Assembly: GCA_964187785.1 (NCBI GenBank)
Contig: OZ076410.1
Span: forward strand, 57,226,001 to 57,290,000
Length of the DNA: 64,000 bases
Reading direction: 5' to 3'
From: Amphiscolops sp. MND2022
Lineage: Eukaryota
Positions 25,504 through 37,391 of the stretch are shown here, one piece after another. A model generated the notes under the pieces. That model made no database searches. It saw only the letters and a program-made list of their open reading frames with translations, and was not told the DNA's origin. A program made the translations under genes and the position numbers. Position 1 is the stretch's first letter. The number at the start of each line of letters is the position of its first letter.

Positions 25504-25535
25504 ATTGTAATAACTTCGGACAAAACATTTATTGA
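24954..25535 (+). CDS. LTR-embedded ORF (probable Gag N-terminus, 193 aa) ending in flanking DNA
   Basis: MPSTRRQKAKARKSREMDMMSDMDNLDVMLG is homologous to MPSNRKQKAKERRSRLLDIMSDVENVDIRLG at 35091, which in the full element leads toward the PBS and gag. Confidence 0.65.
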   Translation: MPSTRRQKAKARKSREMDMMSDMDNLDVMLGNGSENPIEREIADAIEQSSVQGDIETSEYLENQYTNFPHENNLPRQDDIRQSLETFSNEFNLRLSQEMDSMMSMVHSQINRAISNAISERVIPEIQNIVSSMSSTGNRDTEASVFPNSQENRECSSGFKSKFAKKDSQSACDLRDIAGRSHYNCNNFGQNIY

Positions 25536-26123
25536 TCGAAAACAGTTTTTTAATTGAAAATTATCCGGAACTTGCTCAATAATTTGCTGCACCTATTGAC
25601 CGAGTTTTGTTACTTGAGAGCACGGCATTGTTGCTACTATCATAAATTATCATACAGAGCAAACTCCAAATCAAGTTATTGCAACTTGCAGGTTTGCGAT
25701 ATCGGTGTGAAAACCAACTTTTCTAGCTATGAATTGTTTACAATTATGCAAATCATGCTATCACCTTATCTATTGAGGTAACGGGTTCTAATCACTGAAG
25801 TTAGAGAATACAATGAAAATTTATAATGGTCGGAGCAAAAACATTTTTCCTTTAATGTCTTTGAGTATCAGTTTTTCTGTTTAACCCTATATATGTCTGT
25901 TTTTTGGTCCGAATGAATTTTTAGATACTAGTTACAATTTGAAAATAAGAGCTCTGAATTTTCCAAAAGTTTCGCAAATGGTACCATGGAACCCTTGGCA
26001 AGATCATGGTTAATCATGGTTAGCCTTTGCACGATCTTGCATGGCCAAGGTATTGTTATTGTTGTTGTTGTTGTTGATGTGGATTTTCAGCTATTCACTG
26101 ATGGGATGGCTCCCAAATTCGTT

Positions 26124-28942
26124 CTAACACCTTTGTCCCATGTTTCTACATTGTCCACAGTCGCACACCCTTAACCATGTACAAGAGTTGTCTTCGTCGA
26201 ACTGGTTATTGAAGTGTCTCCACATATCGCAGAGAAGTCTGTCTTGGAGACCCGTTCCGTTACCAATGTCAAAGCAATTATTAACCTTGTTCACTATCTG
26301 ACATTTCCTAAAGAAAAATTCGCTACGGCTTCTCTCAGTCCGGGGGATTTTCATTTGATAGTTCATGGGTCTGCGTGCGCTGCAAGTCACTTTGGTGTGT
26401 AAGTTCAGAATGTTCGCCAGGTTTCCTCTAGTTAGCGATGAAAAAAGTAGGAGATCGTTCATCTGCACAAACATTGGTAGCGGCAAAATATTCAGTAGCC
26501 TCAAACTGTTAGCATAGCAAGTCTGTTTGTGGCCAATTATCCATTTCACAGCTTTCTTTTGGAGCCTCCCTAGAGCGTTCATGGTGGCTTTTGATTGTTT
26601 GGCACAAAAAAGTCCATAGGTGACGATCGGAAGTACCAGCGATTTGTACAGGCTCAGCTTTGTGTTAGGTTTAACATTGTACGCGATGTTCCGCCTGAGG
26701 GAGAACAAAACATTATAGGCTTTTTTCAACTCAACCTTCTGCTAGCATGTGCTGACAAGTTGAGATCTTTTTTCAGAAAGATGCCTAGGTCCTTGACTTC
26801 TTCCGCGTCCTCAAAACTAAAATTACCGACTTTATATTGACAATTTGTACCTCTGAACTCAAGTTTGTAGCATTTGTCCGGAGCCAAGCTCATGCCATTG
26901 GTGTCAACCCAGTTCGAAATAGCTTGCAAGTCGGTTTTAATTTGCTCTTGTGTATTAGCGACAGCTAAAATCTTTAGATCATCTGCAAATATGTAGGGAT
27001 CACTAAATTTCAGTGCTTCGGGAAGGTCGTTTATAAAAATACAGAACAACAAGGGACCCACGAGGGATCCTTGGGGCACTCCATTTGTAACTTCTAACTG
27101 CTGAGATATAGTGTTCCCAACTCTAACGTGTTGGGTTCGTCGTTCCAAGTAGTCACAAAGAATATTGAGAAAGCAGCCTCCAACGCCAATTGCACTCACT
27201 TTCTCTAGCAGCTCATAATGCGGTACTCGGTCAAACGCTTTCGCAAAGTCGGTGTAAAAAGCGACAACTGTATCACTAGAATTTTTATCCAAGGCTTCAT
27301 GTATGTCTTTCAGCATGTTTGATTGAACTGATCTTCCACGGACAACTCCGTGCTGATTTCTGGAGAGAAAGAAAGAGAAATGAAGAAAAAGAGGATCATA
27401 CAAGCACTTTTCGAAAACTTTACTGTCAATATTCAGAAGCTACACTGGCTTGTAGTTCTTTACTAATTGTTTATCGCCTTTCTTGTAGACAGGCACGATA
27501 GTAGCATCTTTCCAACATCTAGGAAGTGTTCGTAGCCTTTTAACATTCTTGAATAGTTTGTTCAGAGTACTACTCATTTCAACAGCTGTTTTTTTTGAAA
27601 AGTACTGGGGAAAAATTGTTAGGGCCTCTGGACTTAGTGATGTCTAGGTCTGTTAAAATACTTCGGATTTTGGACCTTGAAACGTCAAAGTTTGTATGGA
27701 CCGATCTTTCGTTTCGAATGTCTTGTAGTGTGTATGGTATTTTTGGAGAGTGAACTGAATGAAAAAACTCGTTGAAGAAGCGGGCAGTTTCGTTTACTGA
27801 ACGGCTGACCTCATCGCTTTTCTACATCACTTTAGGAATGCCATTTGCTTTGTTGAGATAGTTCAAGTGTTTGAAACATTTTTCGGTATTGCGTGAGCTG
27901 AGAAGTTTTTCTTGGTATTTCAAACGATCGATTTCACAGTTCTCTAATACCACGTTTTCTAGTTTAGATACGTTATTTCTTCGGGATGCAGTAGGTCTTT
28001 CGAGAAGCACTTTCTTCTGAGTTTTCAGTTTGTTTATTAGATTTGATGTACTTGGAGTTATCCAAGGAGGCATTTCTTGTCGATGTCTCGTTCTCAGCGG
28101 AACACACTCCTGTATTAAATTTTCAGTGTATTGACCAAATTCAGAATACATGTTGTGGATGTTTGTGTGACAAACTCAACTGGAAGGACGGGTGCTCATA
28201 ACTTCAATCATTTTTTGATAGTCAGCTCTCCCGTATCTCCGATACTTCTCAAAGATGGGTTTCTGTTGGTGGTGCGAGCATTCGAGTCTCATTTTCACTG
28301 AATGATGATTAGTGATGTTGTAGACCTTCGTAAAATCGTTATCCTTTTCAGCCAAGAGAATACAATTCCTTTGAAAGACCAAGTCTATGGTGTTGTTTGC
28401 GCAAGTGGGAAAGTCAACTACTTGCCGAAGCATGTGGTGATCAAACAAATCAATGACTCTTTGTTCATAGTCATCGGAGCTGCATAACGTGCTCCAGTCA
28501 ACCGTAGGCAAGTTCATGTCCCCACAGACAATTAGTGGAGTTGTTTTTGGTAAAGAGTCGAGTATTTGTTCAGAGTCTGAAATTTTATATCGGTATTTGC
28601 TGTCATCCGGTGGGTTGTACAGAGTACAGAGAACAATCTCTAAGTTGCCGAGAGTTACTGAACAGGCTACACAGCATTCAGGTAATACGATGTCTAGTTG
28701 TTTGGAAACAAGCGTGCTTTTCACGGCAATTAGAGAACCTCCATGAGTAGAATAGTCTTTAGTAGACGGTCTGTCTGCTCAGTAAAGTTTGTACTCTTTC
28801 AGTTGTAGTTGAGTCTGACACACCCCCATCCAACCACGTCTCACACAAACAAATGACATTATACTGGCTCAAAATAATGGCATTCAAGTAATTTCTCTCT
28901 TCTTTCTGCTTTCCAAAAGCTTCGAGTATTCAGTAACAGCAT
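26124..28942 (-). pseudogene. LINE ORF2: APE endonuclease plus reverse transcriptase, frameshifted
   Basis: APE motifs LLNTRS, CLCETW, LYNPP, CGDMNLP. RT motifs YTDFAKAFDRVPH, GVPQGSLVGPLLFCIFINDL, FADDLKI. Confidence 0.92.
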
Positions 28943-28957
28943 GTTCATGTAGAATCG

Positions 28958-29766
28958 TCAGTCAGTTTTTTCATTTTCATCGATCAGTACGACTTTCTTT
29001 CCATCGTCAAATAGTTCAAAGTTCCGTATTTTCAATTTCTCAGGCGTTATACCGTTGTTGATCAGTTCTCTTCGCTTCTTCAAACACGGATTTTCTTTCA
29101 AGGCATCTTCTCTTGACAACATAGGCATCGGAAACATATTCTCATCTTTGAGTTCAGTACGTTTCCCGTAGCTTTTTGCTAGCACCAAGCCTGCTCCGTG
29201 TTCCGTGTTGAAGGTAACAAGGACAGTCCTGGACTTCTTTCTATCTCTGTCAAATTTTCCAAGTCTTCTCAATTCTTTGACTTTTGTGTCAACGCCAATT
29301 TTTGTAAAAACTTCGTTGACTTTTTCGGTGGTTGGGACAAGATTTTCATATTTTTTTTATCTAGATCCTCGGGGATCCCATGTATTCTCAGATTTGATGA
29401 GATGTTGTGGTTCAGGATTTGTTTTTGATCTGATTCCGGCAAGGGTCTCCTCGTAGAAACTATTTTAACATTTTTTGCCGCTACTTCACTATAGCTGTTT
29501 TGGATTTCTTTACAGGAGACTTTCAAGACTTCTACTTTTTTGTCAATTAGGGAAGTTAGTTTCACCTCAAGCGATTCCAGTTTGTTTTCAATTTTGAGGG
29601 CTTCGACTTGTTCGTTCGCTTTGTGTATTGTCCAACTTTTGATGATGTTATCTCGTTCATTGTTTTCAATACAGGTGTTACATAATAACATGCAACTGAG
29701 CCCGAGTTCTTTTATTCCATTTAAGGCTACATTCGAGAGGCCAGTACACGAAGGTTCAAGGTGCAT
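28958..29766 (-). pseudogene. LINE ORF1 (PHD-like Cys cluster, coiled coil, RRM-like NLRIHGIPE...RRLGK...RTVLVTF)
   Basis: ORF fragments 29766-29269 and 29272-28958 carry motifs typical of CR1/L2-group ORF1 proteins. Confidence 0.75.
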
Positions 29767-32700
29767 GAAACAGTTGCATCAAATGCATTGATAGGTTTTC
29801 TCATTTTGATTTATTTTGCGTTTGCAAGTTTTACAGTTCTTGTTCATTTTTGTAATCTGTTTGGTTTAGGCACACCGAACTGGAACAATGACCCAAAAAA
29901 AACCAATTACAAAATCAAACAGATTGAAAACTGGACTCACTAGTTTTCTTGTTTGTTCTTCTTCGCTCTCTGTTTCTTAGATGATGGTTTCTTTTTCTTT
30001 TTGATGAGCTTCCGCAGTTGCCAATATTGTTTTCTGATGATGCTCAAAGTTTTTATTTCGAAAGCTGGTTCTCGATGAAGAGACTCGTATTCTGCTAAAA
30101 GTTTTCTGTCCTGTCGCTTCCTTTGTGACAAAAGTTCACGTGTGACGTGAAGCACAGGTATTTTCAACTTTTTCAGAGGGGGGTAGATATTTGGGGAACC
30201 TTTCCCCACCTTGACAGTTTTCTAATTTTGTGATCTGTTTCGTCAGTTCACTTCCACTTAGTGGGCAGTGATAGTTTGATTTGTGGGGCGAGATGGGCCA
30301 CAATAGGAACTTGGCAAGATCTTGGCAAGGCTAGCAAGGAACTTGTCATGGATCCTGGCAAGGGTACCATGGCTTCGAACACTGGGTAGCTACTACTGAG
30401 ATTTCAAACTAGCTCTATGAAGAAAAAGAAGATTATTCAAACAACGAATTGGAAAACTTTGTTGAAATTCAAAGGTTTCCTGCGAATTCTTCAAGTTGTG
30501 GACCGCATAGAACCAAAGAACTTGTCAATTTAAAGCTAGAATTATTAGCCATTAAATCGTGTAGTAGTATGTAGTTCATAGTGTTGTGACTAGGATTCAT
30601 TCATTTCTGTCGAGCATCTTTTGAGCTGCATGGTTTGCTGGCACACTTGAAGTCTGGAAAATAAACGACCAAACATGCATAACATTTGCAATCTTGTAAG
30701 CAAATAGTATCTTCGCACATCGCTTCACACTGTGTCACGCAAAACGACTGGAAGCTGTGGGAATTATCCAGCTGTCCCTCTTTTTTCAGCCTGTAGAATT
30801 TCATCGCGAATCTATCTCTCACTTCGCCCCTAAAAATTACACTATATTTCAACTTTCATTCAATCTCGTTTTTAAACCAAAAAACAAGCTGCGAACGGCC
30901 CAAGTCGGCAACCCGCTCAAGGTTCAAATAGAGTAAAATGTCTTGAATATGCAAAAAATCACTGTGCCAAAATATACCCGAAGGAATACCCACATAAGAC
31001 CCGAAAAGAACTTTTTCCTTAACTCCAAACATCAAAAAATCCGATTTTTGAGAAAAAGATTTCGAAAAAGATTTCGGAAAAATCTCATAGTGCCGAAAAA
31101 CCCTAAAGGAGATCTTTAAGTTCGCACAACGCTTTTTTCAATCCGAAAACTTGAAAAACCCTTTGAAGAAATGAACAATTTTTGGAAAAGGTTCCCAAGT
31201 TTCGAAAAAAACCGTGTCTTCTCCACAATTTTCGAGAAAATTCTCCGTCAGTCCCGTCAGAACCAAAAAAAACGATGTCACCCTTAAGACTCGGAAAACA
31301 GTTTTTTCCGAAATCTTTTTCTAAATCTTTTTTTTCGACTTACCGAAGACTTTTTTGGAAAAAACAGAAAAGTCAGAAAATCAAAAATTGTGTGATAAAA
31401 AATCTTCGAAAATTTTCTAAAATTTTTTCCAAAAAAGTTTTCGTTAAGTCGCAAGGTGCAGAAAAAACTCTAAGTGGGTGGGAGCAAGTTAGCAAGTTAG
31501 TTGAAACTCAACATATAGAACTTATAGTTCGCTGGTTTCAAAAAAACCATTATTATAGTCTGTTTTCTATCGAAAGGGACGACTTAAAAAAACGCGAAAT
31601 AGTATCAAGGAAATTTATGAACTCAATAAAAGATTAGAGAATATCCAATTGATAAGCCCTCCAAGATCACACGTGAGTATACCATTTAGATAAAAATTCT
31701 ATTTCAACTAAGTTATTTCATTTTATAATATCATGCACCGACAGAATTCACTGAATTTTCTCCACGTGACAATATCACTTGTTTTCCGAGAATTGTTTAG
31801 GTTTTGAATGCTGCATCCATTTTCCTTAGTTTGATGCATTTTGAAAATTTAATTAGTTGATATTACCTAAATCAACTTTTAACGTGTGTCCAAAAAATTG
31901 AATATTAAACATCAAAAGGGACGAAGAATGAGCCATTTGGCTCTACCGAAAGTCTTCGGCCTGAGAACCAACTAGGAAAGTAAGTGTTTGAAAGGAAAAT
32001 ATACTCTTGAGGCTCCGAACTGAGGCACCAAGCTACGAACCATTTTTGAGGCACTTTCTTTGGCTGCGGCGTTTCCAGAGACACTGCAATCAGCAACAGA
32101 AGACACAAAACGTGAGATGTTACCTTCCAAATCATAATGCTGGTAATAAATTAATCCTGTTGTTGTTAATCAGAAGAGTTGAGGAACGTTTGAAATGAAC
32201 GTGACTTGTTTTGAAATAAACGCCTCTTATAGCGTAATTTTATCTAATTTAACCAATTGTTTAATCATCAGTAAAAACCGATTCGTATAAATCAGTTTCG
32301 AATTCAAGTATTGTTGGTCATGACAATACGTTGTTGTCATACGTTGCTGCAGCACTTACAATTGTACATGTATTGTAAGTCAACAATACAGTGTTGTTGG
32401 TCAACAATACAATGTTGTTGGTCAGCACTTAAATATGCGATCGAGTTGCTAACAAATTGCCCACAATTACATTTTCCACTAACATATTTTGTACATATGG
32501 ATATCTCACGTTCATAAATACTATTTGTTAAAGTTTTATCGCCTTTTCGATCTATATCACTAGTCCATGGGTATTTCTATGAAGTTTTGGAGAAGAAAAA
32601 ACGATCTTTCAAACTAATGTTACAGTTTAAAAAAATCGGTGTAACTCATTCGATTCGAAATACTTGTATCGGTTTTTGGTTAAAAAAGTTGTAGAACTCA

Positions 32701-34310
32701 GTTTAAGACGACTTCAATAGTAAAACTGCTTTATTTGATTAATTAGAATGTCGATGAAAACTTTTTAATATTACAATTTTTGTTTTCAAATTACAAAGCA
32801 AACAAAAGCCAGTTTGGAGCATGAATTTTTCAGGAAAAAAATAAATTCTAAAGTTTCAAATGACAGTTGTTCGATTATCATGGTTCTATGAAAGAAACTG
32901 TATTTCGTTGATAACATTTACCAATATAGGTTTGTCAAGCTTCTGATCGCTTTAATCGTAGAGAAGGCTCTCATTAGACATCTTTCATCCTTGAGATTTT
33001 AGACAAAAATTTATCCAATCGATTATTTTGAGCCCAACCCTGTAGAATTAGAGTTAGAAGTAACCAAAAATGTTGGAACGTAAACTGAATCTGAACAAAC
33101 GATATTATTGAGACTGTGAAAGTTGAATTGTAGTTAAATAATAACAGAGCAAAATCAATAATGACGGTATCTATTATAAATATCAATAAAAGCAATGTTC
33201 AGCTCTGTTGGAAACAAACTACAGGAAACACAGGCGTATAGTACGAGAATGTAGAAAAGATAGTTCCACTTCACTTTCCACATTCAAACCGGAGCAATTT
33301 ACAGATCCCACAAACCCTTGCTCAAGAAAATGTAGATCAACTTTTTAACTCGCCCAGAGCGGTTAAACGTTACAGTACCCAAATGGGTTGTGTGGATGGG
33401 TGAAATTCGGATCTACACAGATTTCAAATGACAAATCAAGCTTGAAAAGGGCGCCCACTTGAAGGTAGTCTTTCATTTCGTGAACATTATTGTCTCTAAC
33501 ACTTGGTTTAAATACAAACATGATTCCTTGAACAACAGCAAAGAACCCGAAAACTCCGGGCACTTATCGATTTCAAACTTCAAGTAGTTTTTGGTCTGAC
33601 ACATTGTGGCACAAACCTGAAACAAGATCGTTGCAAAGTGAAATGCAGACAGATATACAGTAGTGATATCATTAAACGCTGCATACCGAATATAGTTCGC
33701 AAATCTCTTACTAGAATATCTCAAGATCTAGACGTCTGAAAGTTATCGGGTTTTGTTCGCTTTGTAGAGACGTTCCGACTCTATAATTTCATTTATATAA
33801 TGTATATCAATTCAGCATTTCGATACGGCGCCATTGTATGAGATTCAAAATTTGCCGTCACAATTTCAATTAGGATGCCAAAAATTAGTCTCCAGAAGCA
33901 ACGCCAGGCCATTTACCTCCACAAACAAAACTGGAAAACTTGCCGATTTTCCTGAGTTGATTTCCAGACGAATTTCTTTCGTATCACAAATTAATCGATA
34001 TGCAACGAAATATTGAAAATGTAAGCATAATTTTCTTGCAAAATAAGTTTCCGCAAGATTAAACTTTTCCCGGAAAAACAATTTTATGGAGAAATAAAAA
34101 AATGTTTTTTTCTAGAAAATGTTTCTGGTTGGAGAGAAGCAGTTTTCTTCATTTTTTCAAATCATTTTGTTGAAAAAAAAAGATATGCCATGTAGTAACT
34201 TCGAGAATTTCTATAGTTCTTCATAAAGGAAGCAAACATGTATCTATCACGAGAAAATTTCAAAGTTACACAAAAAACACGACAACGTCAGTGGGATGGG
34301 GGATGGGAGG

Positions 34311-35673
34311 TGTCGCAAGCTGCCGCCTGCGACGGGAATTTCTATCAAATTCCTCAAGAGCAGGCTGAAATAAACCCTCCACCTGGAGCACTCCCTATTT
34401 AAACCTTAAACACTGATGGTACCTACAGCTACATTAAATTTAGCCACTGTAGAAACCCTTTTCATGTTTTAGACGTGCTGATTTATAGTCCGTACGGCTA
34501 CAATAAAATTATTGTTTTTAACGTACCGAGTTACAGTTAATTAGATAACAAGACGCTCGCTTAGCACAGCGATTAGCGCTGTAATATTTCCTCTAGCCTG
34601 ACGGACGCTACGTCCGTCACGGTGGAAACACAATACCTGTTCCTTATTGTTATACTAACCACATGAAATGTTTCTACAAGTGTCATGAACATGTAAACAG
34701 AACATCTAGATTTAGTTAAATGCTTTCGTATGAACCAAGACCTTCAGTTCATGCCGCCTTTTACTAACCCACCCTCCCCACCAACCTTATGATGCTATAT
34801 ATAGTAGTGACGTAATGTTGATGTTATTTACCTCAGTTACTATTTTTAGTATCGTGACCACTAGAATTTTGCTCGTCATGCAGGGAAAAGTATAAATAGT
34901 CGGGACCCAGAGTTCAGACACACAACTTTTTATGCTACACTGATATCATTGCATTGCTACCAATCAAACTTAGTGCTACCCTTTCATTAGTCAATTTTCA
35001 TTTGTATACCGGTCGTACCTGTCTCAAAAAGTATTACTCATTTATTCAAGACGATAAGTCAATTCACTGTAAAAACGTTGATTCTTTTCAATGCCTTCAA
35101 ATAGGAAGCAGAAAGCGAAAGAAAGGCGTTCTAGACTGTTGGACATCATGTCAGACGTAGAAAATGTTGACATAAGGTTAGGAAGTTATTCAAGAGATGA
35201 GGATAGAAACAATCGAAGTGAAGATGTGTTAAATTTGGACTTACGGTCAAGCAGACGACAACAAAGTTCCAATCTAGTTGGAGAAGATTTCAGGTGTCTT
35301 CTGGACACTAATAGTAGGGATAATAGGTGAATGACCATTGAAAAAACCTGAATGATTTGTGAAGAGATTTCCTACCAGAAGTCCAGGAAGCTTAGTGAAA
35401 CTAGATCTAGCTTGAATTATCGAATACAAGATGCAATTACTACGGCAATAGCCGAGAAAGTGCTTCCTTTTATCCAGAATACAGTAGGTGTGCAGGGGAT
35501 GAGTAATTTCACCGTAGAGGACCAAAGGGAGGCTCTACAAAGAAGCCCTGGATCCCCAAATTCCCAGAAAACAAGGGAAAATGACCACCAATTCATGTTT
35601 CACACGTGAAAATCAAAGACAAGCGCCTAGACAGAATTCAGTGGACTCTTATACAGGCGACCGATTCGGGACA
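34311..35673 (+). repeat. 5' LTR (1363 bp) followed by PBS-like TGGTGACAGG at 35674
   Basis: TGTCGCAAG...CGGGACA|TGG. Positions ~35283-35673 align with ~44133-44520. Confidence 0.8.
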
Positions 35674-36790
35674 TGGTGACAGGAGCCAACCCCACCCCAC
35701 ATATGACTTCTGTGTTTCTCACTGGACTGCCCATGCACTCCTGCAAACCCCTCCAACGTCAAGATTCTATCAATGACGAGTCACAGGATACTTTCCCTCC
35801 AGTCTTCTAGACTACAAACCCTACCACCCCTTCAGACACCATTAACCATCTTGCTAAAGCATTAGTCGGTATGAATAACCGTCCCTCGGCACCAACACTG
35901 ATGGTACGCCTAGTCAGCACGACTACACTGACGTTTGACGGCAAATCGGAAAAATTCGAACTTTTCGATGATCTCCTCCACACAATGATCAAAACGCAGC
36001 CTGATATGACTGAAGTGATGAAAACAAACCACTTTCATTTATTGTTGCGCAACAATGCGCAACAATCATTTCGCAGTTTTAAAACGCCTACAGGCAGGCA
36101 ATGGAGGTCATACTAGCCGTATTTCGCAGGAAATACGTCAACATTGGGTCCCAGGCAACTGCCAAGCAGAAATGGCACAGACTGGTGTTTGACCCAAATA
36201 CCATGAAACTGCCAGACTTCCTTGAAGAGTTCAATCAAGGAGCCAAACAAGCGTTTGGCGAGAACGCCCACGCAAAGATAGATAGCCTCCATTATGCCAA
36301 ATTGCCGCCGAAACTGAAAGGCTCAGTCAACATGGCCAGACACGAAAACGCAACTTATGAGGAAAGATTAACGCATCTAGAAAGAGACCTTGAGCTAAAT
36401 GGACTTGAGGAGGATGACGATTTTCCAGTCCCAACACTGTCCACTGCCCCGACATTAATAACGACGGGGAACTGCCTTCTTTCCTCTGGTATTGACCCAG
36501 GGATCACCTGCATTTCTTGCAAAAAACAGCGCATACCATATACGAATGTCGAAAACTGATGAGAAAAGAGGATCTCAAACGCAATGACGGCCAGTCTACC
36601 AAAAAATAGTACCCAAAGTGCCCGACTTGTGATAAAACGAACCACTCGTTCGAACGGTGTTGGAAAGGCGCAGGAGCTCACCTCAAGCTTGGAAACTTCA
36701 AATTAGAGGACACGAACATGAACGACACGTCCACCAGTCATGATGAACCAGCCAACAAACAAACAACATCATTCCTAAAAAACCCAAAAA
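35091..36790 (+). pseudogene. gag: gag (starts inside the LTR; frameshifted)
   Basis: LTFDGKSEKFELFDDL and LPDFLEE capsid-like blocks. Cys/His knuckle remnants CISCKK and CPTCDKTNHSFERC. Confidence 0.75.
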
Positions 36791-37391
36791 AAACTATATT
36801 TGCCACGACCCAAATAAATGAAAAACTCCAGGTTAGACAGAATATAAAATCTGACCCTCCAAACAAATGTTACACTGAATACTACACATCACTTTAAGAA
36901 ACATAATCCGCTGACTGGCAGCAGCAAATGACTACTACACCTACTTTTCCAACCACTTTGGACTACATGCCCAACCGACTACAACACGATGCTTCCAGTA
37001 TACGACCTATAGCCTTTATAGATGACTATAATCCAGTTTACCTCGTCCCAGACTATGGCTTGAACATCTATTGGGACACTCATTCCTTCAATCAACTCCA
37101 CCTATATTTCTACCATAAGTTTGACAAACCAACATGGGTAATATATCCGGATTCTCATGAAACCAACCAAGCTCTAACTACGACCTTGCCATTGCATGTG
37201 TTGACACATGCCTACACAAATGTCAATTTACTCATCAACCAATTCATCTTGAGCCAGAGAACGAGATTCACCGTGGAGGACTGGTGGCTACAGCCGTTGC
37301 AGCGGGTTATGTGAACACCTTAGTCACAAGAACCGGGGAACCAGACTTTATACCGCTGACAACAAATCTTGGCCTCAATTAAAAACGACGA

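Larger units (their letters stand above)
26052..30305 (-). mobile_element. Near full-length degenerate CR1-group LINE
   Basis: ORF1 and ORF2 remnants plus a 3' (AAC)n tail at 26053-26076. It interrupts the subterminal repeats of the CACTA-like element. No clear TSD. Confidence 0.9.
23759..30386. mobile_element. CACTA/CMC-like non-autonomous DNA transposon carrying a solo LTR and a LINE
   Basis: Perfect 20-bp TIR CCCAGTGTTCGAAGCCATGG (about 36 bp with 2 mismatches). TA duplication at 23757-23758 and 30387-30388, with the empty TA site at 7649-7650 in the left arm. CCATGG/CAAGATC subterminal repeats. CCCAG fits the CMCWR terminus and 2-bp TSD known for CACTA/EnSpm. Confidence 0.85.
15775..33659 (-). 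repeat. Right arm of ~30-kb inverted duplication (includes the 6.6-kb insertion 23759-30386)
   Basis: Reverse complement of 3671-15405 apart from arm-specific indels. Similarity is high over most of the length and visibly lower in the outer ~450 bp. Confidence 0.95.
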
